Assembly: GCA_965217185.1 (NCBI GenBank)
Contig: OZ244252.1
Span: 1,024,001 to 1,088,000, forward strand
DNA length: 64,000 nucleotides
Direction of reading: 5' to 3'
DNA from: an uncultured Candidatus Entotheonella sp.
Lineage (GTDB): Bacteria > Tectomicrobia > Entotheonellia > Entotheonellales > Entotheonellaceae
The number at the start of each line of letters is the position of its first letter. Positions within the stretch are counted from its first letter, which is position 1. Both the position numbers and the translations under genes were made by a program. The notes beneath the pieces are model-generated. The model searched no databases. It saw only the letters and a list, made by a program, of their open reading frames with translations, and was not told where the DNA came from. Positions 52,602-62,187 of this stretch are shown piece by piece.

Positions 52602-52970
52602 TTACGTAATGGACGCGGCCGTGTCACATGGTATGACCTCCTTTTCGATTTTATCGCGCAACACGAGATCGGCCATGTCGAGTTCGTAACGGGTTTGAAG
52701 ATTGAGCCAGAAATCCGGTGTCGTGCCGAAATAACGCCCAAGGCGCAGCGCGGTGTCGATGGTAACACCGCGGCGTCCGAGTATGATGTCGTTCAGCCGA
52801 GGCCGCGGAACCTTGACGGCCTGTGCAAGCCGGTACACGCTGAGCGCCATCGGCTCCAGGAATTCGTCGCGCAGGATTTTCCCCGGATGCACCGGCGCCA
52901 GTCGCCGACCTGAGGTCACGTCTGAGAAATCAATGGCGCGTCGGTCTATGTCTTCACGTCTGATCGTCAT
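52602..52970 (-). CDS. higA: HigA antitoxin
   Basis: PVHPGKILRDEFL, TALRLGRYFGTTPDFWLNLQTRYEL. Confidence 0.92.
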   Translation of the reverse strand: MTIRREDIDRRAIDFSDVTSGRRLAPVHPGKILRDEFLEPMALSVYRLAQAVKVPRPRLNDIILGRRGVTIDTALRLGRYFGTTPDFWLNLQTRYELDMADLVLRDKIEKEVIPCDTAASIT

Positions 52971-52985
52971 GGTTGTTGCTCCTTC

Positions 52986-53267
52986 TCAATGGTAGTCGGC
53001 GATCTCAACATCCCACGCATCGCCATCCCACCATACGAAACAGATACGCCATCGGTTGTTGACGCGAATGCTGTGCTGTCCTCGACGGTCGCCTCGCAAA
53101 GCCTCAAGACGATTGCGGGGTGGTGGGCGTAAGTCTTCGAGTTGCCCCGCCGCATCAATCGTCAGCAGCTTGGCCCGAACTCGCTGCTGAATGTGCATGT
53201 GCATGCCGCGAACGGCATGGCCGACGAAAATTGCTGCTGTTCGCTTGTTGGCAAAGCTCTTAATCAT
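52986..53267 (-). CDS. higB: HigB toxin
   Basis: MIKSF, DLRPPPRNRLEALRGDRRGQHSIRVNNRWRICFVW, VEIADYH. Confidence 0.92.
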   Translation of the reverse strand: MIKSFANKRTAAIFVGHAVRGMHMHIQQRVRAKLLTIDAAGQLEDLRPPPRNRLEALRGDRRGQHSIRVNNRWRICFVWWDGDAWDVEIADYH

Positions 53268-53309
53268 GTCGTAACGTAACGAATATCGGTACGTAATGTC
53301 AAGCGACAC

Positions 53310-53340
53310 GCAGGTCGGATTAGCACGGCATAATCAGACA
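53310..53340. repeat. REP-like palindrome (copy 1)
   Basis: GCAGGTCGGATTAGCACGGCATAATCAGACA, similar to 60756-60787. Confidence 0.55.
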
Positions 53341-53343
53341 GCC

Positions 53344-55086
53344 TCAGCCGCTCGCTGGCACGACCGGAAGCACGATATGCGAGGGGTGCTCGGTGTCGTG
53401 GTGCACGGTTTGGCGCGCTTTGCGGAGCACGGTGTCTTGGCCGAAGGGGTGGCCGGTGTTCGGATTACGGTCAAATTGCGGGAAGTTGCTGCTGGCGACT
53501 TCGACGCGAATGCGGTGCCCCTGTCGGAAGCAGTTGCTGGTGGACCACAGATCGATGCGATAGGCATAAACGCGTCCCGGCTCCAGCAGCGACGGCGTTT
53601 CCCAGGAATCGCGGTAGCGCGCCCTGATGATGCCCTGGGCGACGTTGATCGCGGTACCGTCGGGATACACGTCGACGAGCTTGGCGGTGAAGTCCGTATC
53701 CGGCGCGTCGGAGGCGGCGTACAATGTCATGTTGACCGGGCCGGTGACTTCGATGTCACTGTCGAGCGGCGCCGAGGTGTACACCAACACGTCCGGACGC
53801 CACTCGACGGGCTGCTGGTCGCGCGGCCCCATGGACACCGGTGTTACGTCTTCGGAGCAGCAGGTGCTGCCGCCGACCGTTGGCACGGGTTGTTCGGGGT
53901 CGTAGGTGTAGCGGTCGGGCGGTTCCGCCGCCGGCGGCTTGGTGTCCAGAACGCCGTCGCCGAACAGAGAATTCGCGCCGCCCTGGCTGTGCAGGTAATA
54001 CGACACGTACGTCGTGCCCGGAATCGGCCAGTCGTCGGCCTGCCGCCAACGGTTGGCGCCCATGACGAAGACGTTCACCGGCGGTTCTTCCTCGATGCCG
54101 GTGTCCACATCCTTCAGCCAGTAGTCAAACCAGCGGACGTGCTCCGCCATCAGGTCGACCCGCGCCGCATTCCCAAAATCCACGTCACCCGTATGGGTGT
54201 CCAGGCCCATGTGGCCGCAGTCGTGAATCCACGGGCCGATGATGATCTTCTGGTGCTTCTTGCCCGGCGGGCGCCCATCCGCCCTGACCCCCATGAAATT
54301 GTTGAGCGTTGATTGCAGAAACACGTCGTACCAGCCGCCGATGCCGTAGGCTGGCACGTCGACGTCCGCATAGTGCGCCTCCACCGGCCGCATGTCGCGC
54401 CAGTAATCGTCATAATCCGGATGCGCGATCCAGTCCTGCCACACCTGCGAGGCGCGGCCCGCCTTGGCATCCATGGTGCTGAGCGGCAAATGCCAGTGCA
54501 ACGTGTTCAGGTGGTTTGCCGCGGGCAGCCACAGGTACTGTACCTGGTTCGTGCGGGTGGACATCTGAACGGCGGCCCAGCGCAGGTTGAAGGCGAGTTG
54601 GAAGGCGCCGCCGGTGTATACCCAGTTGTGGTAGAAGTCCGAGTATCCGACGCGCGGCACCATAGCCTTCAGAAAGCGGCTGCGCAGCGGCGCGGCCTGC
54701 CACTGGACCATTGCCACGTACGACCCGCCGGCGGTGCCGACGCTGCCGTTGCACCACGGCTGCCGACCGACCCATTCCATGGTGTCGAAGCCGTCCTCGG
54801 CCTCGTGCACGAACGGGTACCAGTCGCCGTCCGAATCCCACCGCCCGCGTACGTCCTGCGTTGCCACGCCGTAGCCGCGCGTGGCGAAATACATGCAGTC
54901 CTGCACGATAGCCTCGTTGTTATTGTTGTATGGCGTGCGGATGAGCACCACCGGCACCGGCTGGTCAATGGCCGGCAGGTAGATGTCGGTGGATAGCGCC
55001 ACGCCGTCGCGCATCGGCACCTTGACGTCGAAGCGCATGCTTACCTCGTGCACGGGTTGAGAAAGGCCGCCGGGAGCGCTTGCCAT
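53344..55086 (-). CDS. CocE/NonD family hydrolase
   Basis: VPMRDGVAL, RTPY, QDVRGRWDSDG, GGSY nucleophile motif, GGWYD, IGPWIH, SSNFPQFDRN. Confidence 0.92.
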   Translation of the reverse strand: MASAPGGLSQPVHEVSMRFDVKVPMRDGVALSTDIYLPAIDQPVPVVLIRTPYNNNNEAIVQDCMYFATRGYGVATQDVRGRWDSDGDWYPFVHEAEDGFDTMEWVGRQPWCNGSVGTAGGSYVAMVQWQAAPLRSRFLKAMVPRVGYSDFYHNWVYTGGAFQLAFNLRWAAVQMSTRTNQVQYLWLPAANHLNTLHWHLPLSTMDAKAGRASQVWQDWIAHPDYDDYWRDMRPVEAHYADVDVPAYGIGGWYDVFLQSTLNNFMGVRADGRPPGKKHQKIIIGPWIHDCGHMGLDTHTGDVDFGNAARVDLMAEHVRWFDYWLKDVDTGIEEEPPVNVFVMGANRWRQADDWPIPGTTYVSYYLHSQGGANSLFGDGVLDTKPPAAEPPDRYTYDPEQPVPTVGGSTCCSEDVTPVSMGPRDQQPVEWRPDVLVYTSAPLDSDIEVTGPVNMTLYAASDAPDTDFTAKLVDVYPDGTAINVAQGIIRARYRDSWETPSLLEPGRVYAYRIDLWSTSNCFRQGHRIRVEVASSNFPQFDRNPNTGHPFGQDTVLRKARQTVHHDTEHPSHIVLPVVPASG

Positions 55087-55106
55087 GGTGTTCTCCTTGT
55101 TGGGTG

Positions 55107-56482
55107 TCAGTCTTGCGCCGATTCGACGCCGGTTTTGGGCTGCGACAAATGTAGCGAAAAGGTGCTCCCCTGCCCCACTTCACTGGCCACGCTGACCTGC
55201 CCGTCGTGGATTTGGGCGATGTGTTTCACGATGGCCAGCCCGAGGCCGGTGCCGCCGCTGGCGCGGTCGCGCGCCTTGTCGGTGCGGTAGAAACGCTCGA
55301 AGATGCGCGACAGGTGTTCCGGCGCGATGCCGATGCCCTCGTCGCGCACGTCGATGCGCACCTCGCCATTCTCCTGCCGCGCCGTCAGCCACACCGTGCC
55401 GTTGGCGTTGCTGTAACTAATGGCGTTGTCCAGAAGATTGACGATGGCCTGCTCCAGCAGCGGGGCGTTGGCCTTGACGCGCAGGCCGGGAACGCAGGAC
55501 GGCACGGCCTCGACGATGGGTCCCAGTTGCACCTCGGGACGGGGAATGTCGGCGATCTGATTACTTTGCTCCATCCGTGACAGGCTGAGCAGATCCTCGA
55601 TGATGGCGTGCAGGCGGTCCGCGTGGGGGCGACGATCTCCAGGAACCGTTCCGCCTGTGGGCGGTCGTCCAAAGCGCCGTCGCGGAGGGTTTCCACGAAG
55701 CCCTTGATGCTGGTAATCGGGGTCTTGAGTTCGTGCGAGACATTGGCCACGAAGTCGCGGCGAATGTTTTCCAGCCGGCGCAGCTGGGTAATGTCGTTCA
55801 ACACCACCAACATGCCGAGGTCGCGGCCAGCGGCATCGCGCAGGGCGGTTGCGGTCACCTGCAGGAAGCGCTCCTCATCGCCGCGCAGCACGATCTCTCC
55901 CATGGTCGGCTCGGCCTTTGACATGGCGTCCGTGAGCAGCCGTTGCAGCCCAACGTTGCGGATGACTTCCTGAACCGTCCGGCCGCGGGCCTGCGTCGCC
56001 GGCACCGCCAGAAGCGCCTCCGCGGCGGGGTTCATGGCGATGACGTGTGCCTGCGGGTCCAGCGCCAGCACGCCTTCCTGCATACTGACGAGAATGGCAT
56101 CTTGCTCGTTGCGGTGCTGCGTCACGACACTGATCTGGTCTTCGAGCTGCGCCGCCATGTTGTTGAGGGTGGCGGCGAGGTTGCCCATTTCGGGGGTGTT
56201 GGGGATACGGAGCCGATGGGAGAAATCGCCAACCGCAAAGTGTTCGGCGCTCGCGCGCATAACCTGGAGGGAGCGGCTGATACGCTCTGAAGAGACCAGC
56301 CCTATGCCGGCGGCTATTGCGGTAAGTACAACGGCGCCGACAGCCAGGGACTGAGCGGGCCAGACGACGGCATTCGCACTGTCCTGTCGAGGGTAATCCC
56401 CAGTAAAGAATACCAATAAGGCCAGCGCCACCGCCGGCAGGTAGCTGAGAAACAATCGCCAGAAAATGGGCAGGCGGCGCAT
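55107..56482 (-). pseudogene. phoR: PhoR-like sensor histidine kinase, frameshifted near 55627
   Basis: HAMP-PAS-HisKA (RRDFVANVSHELKTP) in one frame, HATPase (NLLDNA, DEGIGI, GGTGLGLAIVKH) in another. Confidence 0.75.
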
Positions 56483-56486
56483 CGTG

Positions 56487-57173
56487 TCACTCCTGCAAGC
56501 GATAACCGACACCGCGAATCGTTTCGACAAGGTCGCCGCTGGGGCCGAGCTTGCGGCGCAGGGCCACGATGTGGACGTCGACGGCCCGCGTGGTGACACT
56601 GGAGTCGTCGCCCTGCGCGGCTTCGAGGATCTGGTTGCGGGTGAACACCCAGCCCGGACGCCGTGCCAGCAGATGCAAAATACGGAACTCCGTCAGCGTG
56701 AGTTGCACGAGAGCGCTGGCCACCTGCACTTCGTGGCGACCCGGATGAATCTGCAGGTCGTGATGCGTAATGACGGCGTCGTCCGCGTCCGGCTCGCTTT
56801 GCTGACGGCGCAATACCGCCTTGATACGGGCCAGGAGCACGCGCGGGCTGAATGGTTTGGTGAGGTAGTCGTCGGCGCCCAGTTCAAGGCCGGTGACCAC
56901 GTCGGCCTCTTCGCCTTTGGCAGAGAGGATGATTACCGGAATGCCCGCCGTGCGGGCGTCGTTTTTAAGCCGCCGGCAAACCTCCAGGCCGTCGACGCCC
57001 GGCAGCATCAGGTCCAGCACGACGAGATCGGGTGGCGACATGCGTACCGAGGCAAACGCTTCTTCACCGGAGGCCACGCCGGTCATGTCATAGTTGTTCC
57101 GGGTCAGGTTGTAGCGGATGAGTTCGAGAATATCCGGCTCATCGTCCACCACGAGAATCCGTACACGTGCCAT
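56487..57173 (-). CDS. phoB: PhoB/OmpR family response regulator
   Basis: ILVVDDE, LDLMLPG, GADDYLTKPFSPR, RAVDVHI..LRRKL, ETIRGVGYR. Confidence 0.8.
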   Translation of the reverse strand: MARVRILVVDDEPDILELIRYNLTRNNYDMTGVASGEEAFASVRMSPPDLVVLDLMLPGVDGLEVCRRLKNDARTAGIPVIILSAKGEEADVVTGLELGADDYLTKPFSPRVLLARIKAVLRRQQSEPDADDAVITHHDLQIHPGRHEVQVASALVQLTLTEFRILHLLARRPGWVFTRNQILEAAQGDDSSVTTRAVDVHIVALRRKLGPSGDLVETIRGVGYRLQE

Positions 57174-57188
57174 GCAACCCTTCCGCGC

Positions 57189-57572
57189 CTATAGCGATCG
57201 CCCCAATAGCAGACCCGCAGCGCCCATCACCCCACCGCCCACTACGCTGCCGACGACGTAGCTCAGCCCGCGCAGCGTGTGGCCGTTTTCCAGTAACAGA
57301 AGAGCATCGGCGCTGAACGTCGAAAACGTTGTGTAGGAACCCAGGAAGCCGACCGTCAGGGCCAGGCGCAGAGCGGGCGCCATGTCGAAGCCTCTGCTCA
57401 GCATGGCGATAATCAGACATAACACAAAGCTGCCGCTGAGGTTCACGAAAAGCGTACCATACGGGAACGCCGCTCCCCAACGAGTTGTGAGCCAAGTGTT
57501 AATCCCATAGCGCACCACCGCCCCGACAAACCCGCCGATTCCAATCCAAACGTACGTTGAGGCTTGCACCAT
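57189..57572 (-). CDS. crcB: Fluoride efflux channel
   Basis: GGFVGAVVRY, FPYGTLFVNLSGSF, GFLGSYTTFSTF. Confidence 0.93.
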   Translation of the reverse strand: MVQASTYVWIGIGGFVGAVVRYGINTWLTTRWGAAFPYGTLFVNLSGSFVLCLIIAMLSRGFDMAPALRLALTVGFLGSYTTFSTFSADALLLLENGHTLRGLSYVVGSVVGGGVMGAAGLLLGRSL

Positions 57573-57623
57573 CGTCTCAGGCTCTCTTCAGCCGGGAGTC
57601 GGGTTGCAAAATCCCGTGCTCCC

Positions 57624-59438
57624 TCACCAACGACTCGGCCGCGGCTTTGTGCCGGCGTACAACAACCCCAATGCCGCGGCGCCTGCGATAAGCACGCTCG
57701 GCCGCCAACCGCTGAACAGTCCCTGATGACCGACGAATAGCAGCAGCATGGTGCCGCTCACCACCGCCGCCCAGCAGCCGGCAAGACCAAGCGCCGACTG
57801 GTTTCCGGCTGGCCGCGTGTCGGGCCACACGCCGAACGGCTGCACGGTATCCACAAACCGTTTCAGGTGCCCGGCCTCGGTTGGCGGCCCCAGCAGCATG
57901 CCCGCCAACAAGCCGGTCAGGCTGGCGGCTGTCACCCAGATCAGCCGCACCTCATACGGCGTGTCGGTCAACAGGGCCAACGCGGTGCCGACCGACAGCC
58001 CCGCCAGCATGGCGCCGATTTCTCCTGTGGCGTTCACCCGCCACCAAAGCCAGCGCAACAGCGTCGGCAGGCCAAGCGCAGCGCCCAAGGTGGCCATCCA
58101 CTTCCAGGCCTGGGCAATCGTGTCGATCCTGGCGCTCACCAGAATCGCCAGCAACACGAACAGGAACACCGCGCTTCTGGCCACACGCATTTGTTCGCGG
58201 TCCGAAGCCGCCGGGCGCAGCACCAGCCAAACGTCATTGACCAGATACGACGCGCCCCAGTTGATGTGGGTATCCACGGTGCTCATGAAGGCGGCGAGCA
58301 GGCTCGCCAGTACGATGCCCAGCCAGCCGGGGCTGAGCAGGTGGGCCATGAGAATCGGCCAAGCCATTTCCCGGTCCGACGCGGCGAGGGCAGCCGAGCC
58401 GTTCAGGCTGGTAGTCTCCTGCCCCAGCGGAATCAGTACCAGCGCCGCCAAGCCGACGATGAACCACGGCCACACGCGCACCATGTAATGAATCGTGAGA
58501 AACAGCAGCGTCGCGCGTCTGGCATCCTCGGGGCTGCGGGCCGCGTTCAGGCGCTGCATGAAATATCCGCCGCCGTCCGCCGACATGTTGGAGAACGATT
58601 GCACCACCAGGTAGAGGCCGAAAGCCCCGGCGCCGACGCCTACCGCTCCCAGCCATCCGCTGCCGGGGGTTGGGAACCAGTCCAGATACGAGTGGCCGGG
58701 GCCGTACAGGGCCGCCAATCCGTCCAGCAAGCCGTCCCGTCCACCGACCGCTCGCCACGCGCACACGGCCAGCCACGTACTGCCGAGCAGGGCCAGGCAC
58801 AGTTGCACCAAGTCGGTGACCACCACGCCGCGCAGGCCGCCGAGGCTGGAATAGCAGCCGACTACCAGCAATAGCACGACGATGGTCAACCCTTCCGAGG
58901 CGGTGCCCAGCGCGGTGCCGGTGGGCCATATGGCCTCGATGCCCGCCATGAAGCCGGGGAACCATTCCTGCCACTGGAAGAACGGCGATGCCACTTTCAC
59001 CATGGCGCGCAGCACCCAGCCGAGCACCACGCAGTTTTGCAGCAATTGTAGCCCGGCCCGGCACCAGCGCAGCGCGTACGCCGGGCGGCCGGAATAGCGC
59101 ACCCGGACCAGCTCGGCGTCCGTTATCACCCCGCTGCGGCTCCAGTTGGCGGCGAAGATGACGAACACGCCGGCGTGCACGCCGATGACCGGAATCCACA
59201 GCCAGTTGCCCGATAACCCCTTGTCTGCAATGATGCCGGTGATAGCCAGGGGGGTATCCGCCGCGAAGGTGGTGGCGGCCATGGAGGCGCCGACCCACCA
59301 CCACGGCAGGGCGCGCCCTGCCAGGAAGTAGCTGGTGCGGTTGCGACCGGCACGGCTCTTGAACGCCACCCCGACGCCCAGGGCCAGCACGACGTACAGG
59401 CCGATGATCAGCCAGTCGATGGCGTGCAGGGTGAACAT
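57624..59438 (-). CDS. Sodium:solute symporter family protein
   Basis: YFLAGRALPWW..GASMAATTFAADTPL, LLAAFMSTVDTHINWGASY. Confidence 0.9.
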   Translation of the reverse strand: MFTLHAIDWLIIGLYVVLALGVGVAFKSRAGRNRTSYFLAGRALPWWWVGASMAATTFAADTPLAITGIIADKGLSGNWLWIPVIGVHAGVFVIFAANWSRSGVITDAELVRVRYSGRPAYALRWCRAGLQLLQNCVVLGWVLRAMVKVASPFFQWQEWFPGFMAGIEAIWPTGTALGTASEGLTIVVLLLVVGCYSSLGGLRGVVVTDLVQLCLALLGSTWLAVCAWRAVGGRDGLLDGLAALYGPGHSYLDWFPTPGSGWLGAVGVGAGAFGLYLVVQSFSNMSADGGGYFMQRLNAARSPEDARRATLLFLTIHYMVRVWPWFIVGLAALVLIPLGQETTSLNGSAALAASDREMAWPILMAHLLSPGWLGIVLASLLAAFMSTVDTHINWGASYLVNDVWLVLRPAASDREQMRVARSAVFLFVLLAILVSARIDTIAQAWKWMATLGAALGLPTLLRWLWWRVNATGEIGAMLAGLSVGTALALLTDTPYEVRLIWVTAASLTGLLAGMLLGPPTEAGHLKRFVDTVQPFGVWPDTRPAGNQSALGLAGCWAAVVSGTMLLLFVGHQGLFSGWRPSVLIAGAAALGLLYAGTKPRPSRW

Positions 59439-59553
59439 GGGGGACGGCGTCCTTGTTCAGGGGAAATTTCCAGGATTCGTGCTATGTTTCCTTGGTGAAG
59501 GCCAGCATAGCATACGTGCCATACAGGCAGAATATGGGTCGAGAGGAGAAGAG

Positions 59554-60144
59554 ATGATGAGCAGTGAAGCGGTTCGATGGGCCGGGTTGAATCATCTGGC
59601 GTTGGTGACGAACGACATGGACACGACGACGCGGTTCTGGCACGGCGTGCTCGGCGCGCGCCTGGTTGCCACCGTCGGCAACGAGTCGTTCCGGCATTAC
59701 TTTTTCGACGTGGGTAACGGTGCCACGGTGGCTTTTTTTGAGTACCGCAACCACGAGGTGGAAGGCTTTGCCAAACCGGCGGGGGTGCCGGACGCCAGGG
59801 CCATCCAGTTCGATCACGTGTCGCTCAACCTGCCGGACGCCGAGGCCATGCAGGCGTTGCGGCAGCGCTTGCTCGATCACGGCTGCGAAGTCACGGAGGT
59901 GGTGGACCACGGGCTCATGCAGTCGATCTACTTCACAGACCCCAACGGCATCGCCCTGGAGGCGTCGTGGTGGGTCGAGGACCCGACGGGCCAGACAAGC
60001 GGCTTGAACACGGAACATCATCGTGACGTGATGCCGGTCCCCGCCGCTCAGGAACTGATGGATACGGGCAAGATCGAGGACCTGCCGGCCACCCGCCTGA
60101 TCGACGCGCCGACTTCCGACGTGGGCCAGTTGGTGCGGGCCTGA
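59554..60144 (+). CDS. VOC/glyoxalase family protein
   Basis: GLNHLALVTNDM, HYFFD, FDHVSL, SIYFTDPNGIALE. Confidence 0.88.
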   Translation: MMSSEAVRWAGLNHLALVTNDMDTTTRFWHGVLGARLVATVGNESFRHYFFDVGNGATVAFFEYRNHEVEGFAKPAGVPDARAIQFDHVSLNLPDAEAMQALRQRLLDHGCEVTEVVDHGLMQSIYFTDPNGIALEASWWVEDPTGQTSGLNTEHHRDVMPVPAAQELMDTGKIEDLPATRLIDAPTSDVGQLVRA

Positions 60145-60156
60145 GCCGCCCCGTGA

Positions 60157-60738
60157 TTAACCGACCTTGTGGCGGTCGCGGGTGAGGTAACGCTGGAACT
60201 CGAAGCGGTTTTCCAGCATGTGGACGTCGATGTGATAGTTCGCCGGTCCCTGCGCCGCCACCTTTGCCACCAGGGTCGTCAATTCCCGCGCCGCCAGGGC
60301 TTCCTGAAACGTCTGGCGGCATCCCTCCACCGTGTCCACCGTGGCCGAACGCGGCACCCCCGCCGCCTCGGCCATTGCTGCAATGCTGCTGCCCGTTCCC
60401 GTAGCGGTGGTGAACGTCCTGCCTACCGACAACAGTGCTTCATTGTCAAAGACGACATGAATCAGATTAGCCGGCCGGTACCGGGCCATGGTGGTCAGGC
60501 TGCCGAGATTCATCAGAATCGAGCCGTCGCCGTCCAACACCACGACCGTCTCCTCCGGACGGCTGAGGGCGATGCCCAGCCCCATCGACGACGCCAGCCC
60601 CATGGCGTGCTCCAGATAAAAGAAGTTCGGTCGGTGCCCCAAAGCGTAGAGTTCCGACGCGGTGGCACCCATAATGGTAACCACCGCGCATGACGCCAGA
60701 TCGGGGTACATCGCCTCCAGTGCTTCACTGCGTAACAT
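60157..60738 (-). CDS. TPP-dependent decarboxylase beta subunit (sulfopyruvate decarboxylase ComE-like)
   Basis: MGLASSMGLG, DGDGSILMNLG...VFDN TPP motif. Confidence 0.8.
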   Translation of the reverse strand: MLRSEALEAMYPDLASCAVVTIMGATASELYALGHRPNFFYLEHAMGLASSMGLGIALSRPEETVVVLDGDGSILMNLGSLTTMARYRPANLIHVVFDNEALLSVGRTFTTATGTGSSIAAMAEAAGVPRSATVDTVEGCRQTFQEALAARELTTLVAKVAAQGPANYHIDVHMLENRFEFQRYLTRDRHKVG

Positions 60739-60755
60739 GACGTTGTCCTTCGTTA

Positions 60756-60787
60756 GTAGGTCGGATTAGTGCCGACGTAATCCGACA
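60756..60787. repeat. GTAG-type REP-like palindrome (copy 2)
   Basis: GTAGGTCGGATTAGTGCCGACGTAATCCGACA: GTCGGATTA/TAATCCGAC stem between the two decarboxylase genes. Confidence 0.65.
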
Positions 60788-60797
60788 ATCCCCTGCC

Positions 60798-61310
60798 CTA
60801 GTCCTCCCACATCAGTTCACGGCAAAGCAGCAGTGCCACTGGGCGCAGCGCCGCGTTGGCCAGAGTCTGCGCCTCGCGGATGCGCTGGGCGACGTGGTCG
60901 GGTGTCTGCAGCCGTTCAAACGGCACGCGCAGGGTTTCCAGCAGCGCCTCGGTTACCATGCCGCCTTCCGTTTGCCAGGGGTGTTCCTCGCCAAACCCGC
61001 CCCGCAGGCTGATGAGCATCAAGAGCGGGATGCGGTAGAGCTGGGCCAGCGACACGATGCCGTTGAGGCTGGCCAGCAGGCCGTGGTTCTGCATCAGCAT
61101 GGCGGACGAGATGCCCGCCAGGTGAGCACCGGCGGAAATGCCGATGCCCTCCTCTTCCTTGGCCAGGCGTACCAGGGTCACGTCAGCGTCCGCTTCGGCC
61201 AATGTCACCAAGTGCACCAGCCAAGTTTCCGGCAGGACGGAAATCAACCGCACGCCGCAGTCCTTCAGAGCCGTGTAGATGATCTGCGAATTCGTTTCGG
61301 ATACCGGCAT
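60798..61310 (-). CDS. TPP-dependent decarboxylase alpha subunit (ComD-like)
   Basis: KEEEGIGISAGAHLAG, MLMQNHG, IPLLMLISLRG. Confidence 0.8.
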   Translation of the reverse strand: MPVSETNSQIIYTALKDCGVRLISVLPETWLVHLVTLAEADADVTLVRLAKEEEGIGISAGAHLAGISSAMLMQNHGLLASLNGIVSLAQLYRIPLLMLISLRGGFGEEHPWQTEGGMVTEALLETLRVPFERLQTPDHVAQRIREAQTLANAALRPVALLLCRELMWED

Positions 61311-61441
61311 CGGTTCTCCCTTGTTTCAATCCTCACCGGCCTCTGCTGGCGATGCTGCGTCGTTGGAACGTCGGCGTGCTAGTATGGCCTCAGGCTGTCC
61401 CGCCTCGCCTCAGCAACCCCTGTCCCGGCAGGTGCTTCGCC

Positions 61442-62170
61442 ATGCTCGATTTTCCCCTGTGGCTCGCGGCTCTGGGCGGCGCCTTGCTGGCGTCGACGGT
61501 GACCACCATCACCAGCATCGGCGCGGGCATGATCATGTACGGCGTGCTCAGCCTGTTCCTCGATCTGAAAGTGGTGATTCCGCTCGTCGCCCCGGCCCAA
61601 CTGCTGGCCGTCGGACTGCGTTGCTGGCTGTTCCGACGTCATCTGCACTGGCGCCTGGCCGCCCTCTTCTTCCTCGGCGTAGTGCCCGGAATTTACGCCG
61701 GCACGATGCTTTTTGACGTCCTTGCCGAAGCCGTTTTGCGCCGCATGATCGGCGTCTTCCTGCTGGCGTTTGCAGCCTACGAATACTGGCGCGGCAACGA
61801 GGGCCGAACCATGCCGCACGCCGGGTTGTTGCCATTGGGCGGTGTGGTCGCCGGCGTGCTGCTGGGCAGCATCGGCATCGCCGGGCCGCTGCTGGCGGTG
61901 ATCTTCCTACGTTACGGCTTGCTGAAGGAAGACCTGATCGCCATGGTGGCGCTGTTCTTCCTGCTCGGCAATGCGCAGCGCACCGTGTTGTACTGGCATC
62001 AGGGATTCTTCGTCAGCGACCGGTTGGCGCTGGCCGTCGCTATGGGTTTGGCGATGCTGGTTGGCGTGTACGCCGGCCGCCTGGTCCTGCCGCACATCAG
62101 CCAGGCCTTCTTCCGACGCCTGGTGCTGGGGATGCTGGTCCTGTTCGGCCTCCAGTTTCTGATCTGGTAG
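61442..62170 (+). CDS. TauE/SafE family (sulfite exporter-like) membrane protein
   Basis: About eight hydrophobic helices in two repeats, IGAGMI and GIAGP motifs. Confidence 0.75.
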   Translation: MLDFPLWLAALGGALLASTVTTITSIGAGMIMYGVLSLFLDLKVVIPLVAPAQLLAVGLRCWLFRRHLHWRLAALFFLGVVPGIYAGTMLFDVLAEAVLRRMIGVFLLAFAAYEYWRGNEGRTMPHAGLLPLGGVVAGVLLGSIGIAGPLLAVIFLRYGLLKEDLIAMVALFFLLGNAQRTVLYWHQGFFVSDRLALAVAMGLAMLVGVYAGRLVLPHISQAFFRRLVLGMLVLFGLQFLIW

Positions 62171-62187
62171 CATCTTTCCTCGCCCCG

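Noticed and set aside
57577..57626. Hairpin after the SSS gene TGA as a SECIS or fluoride riboswitch for crcB
   Set aside because: The loop lacks an early G, the TGA follows Trp at a plausible C-terminus, and the fluoride riboswitch consensus is not visible
59504..59522. TGGCACG sigma54-like motif upstream of the SSS gene
   Set aside because: GG-to-GC spacing is 7 or 12 nt, not 10
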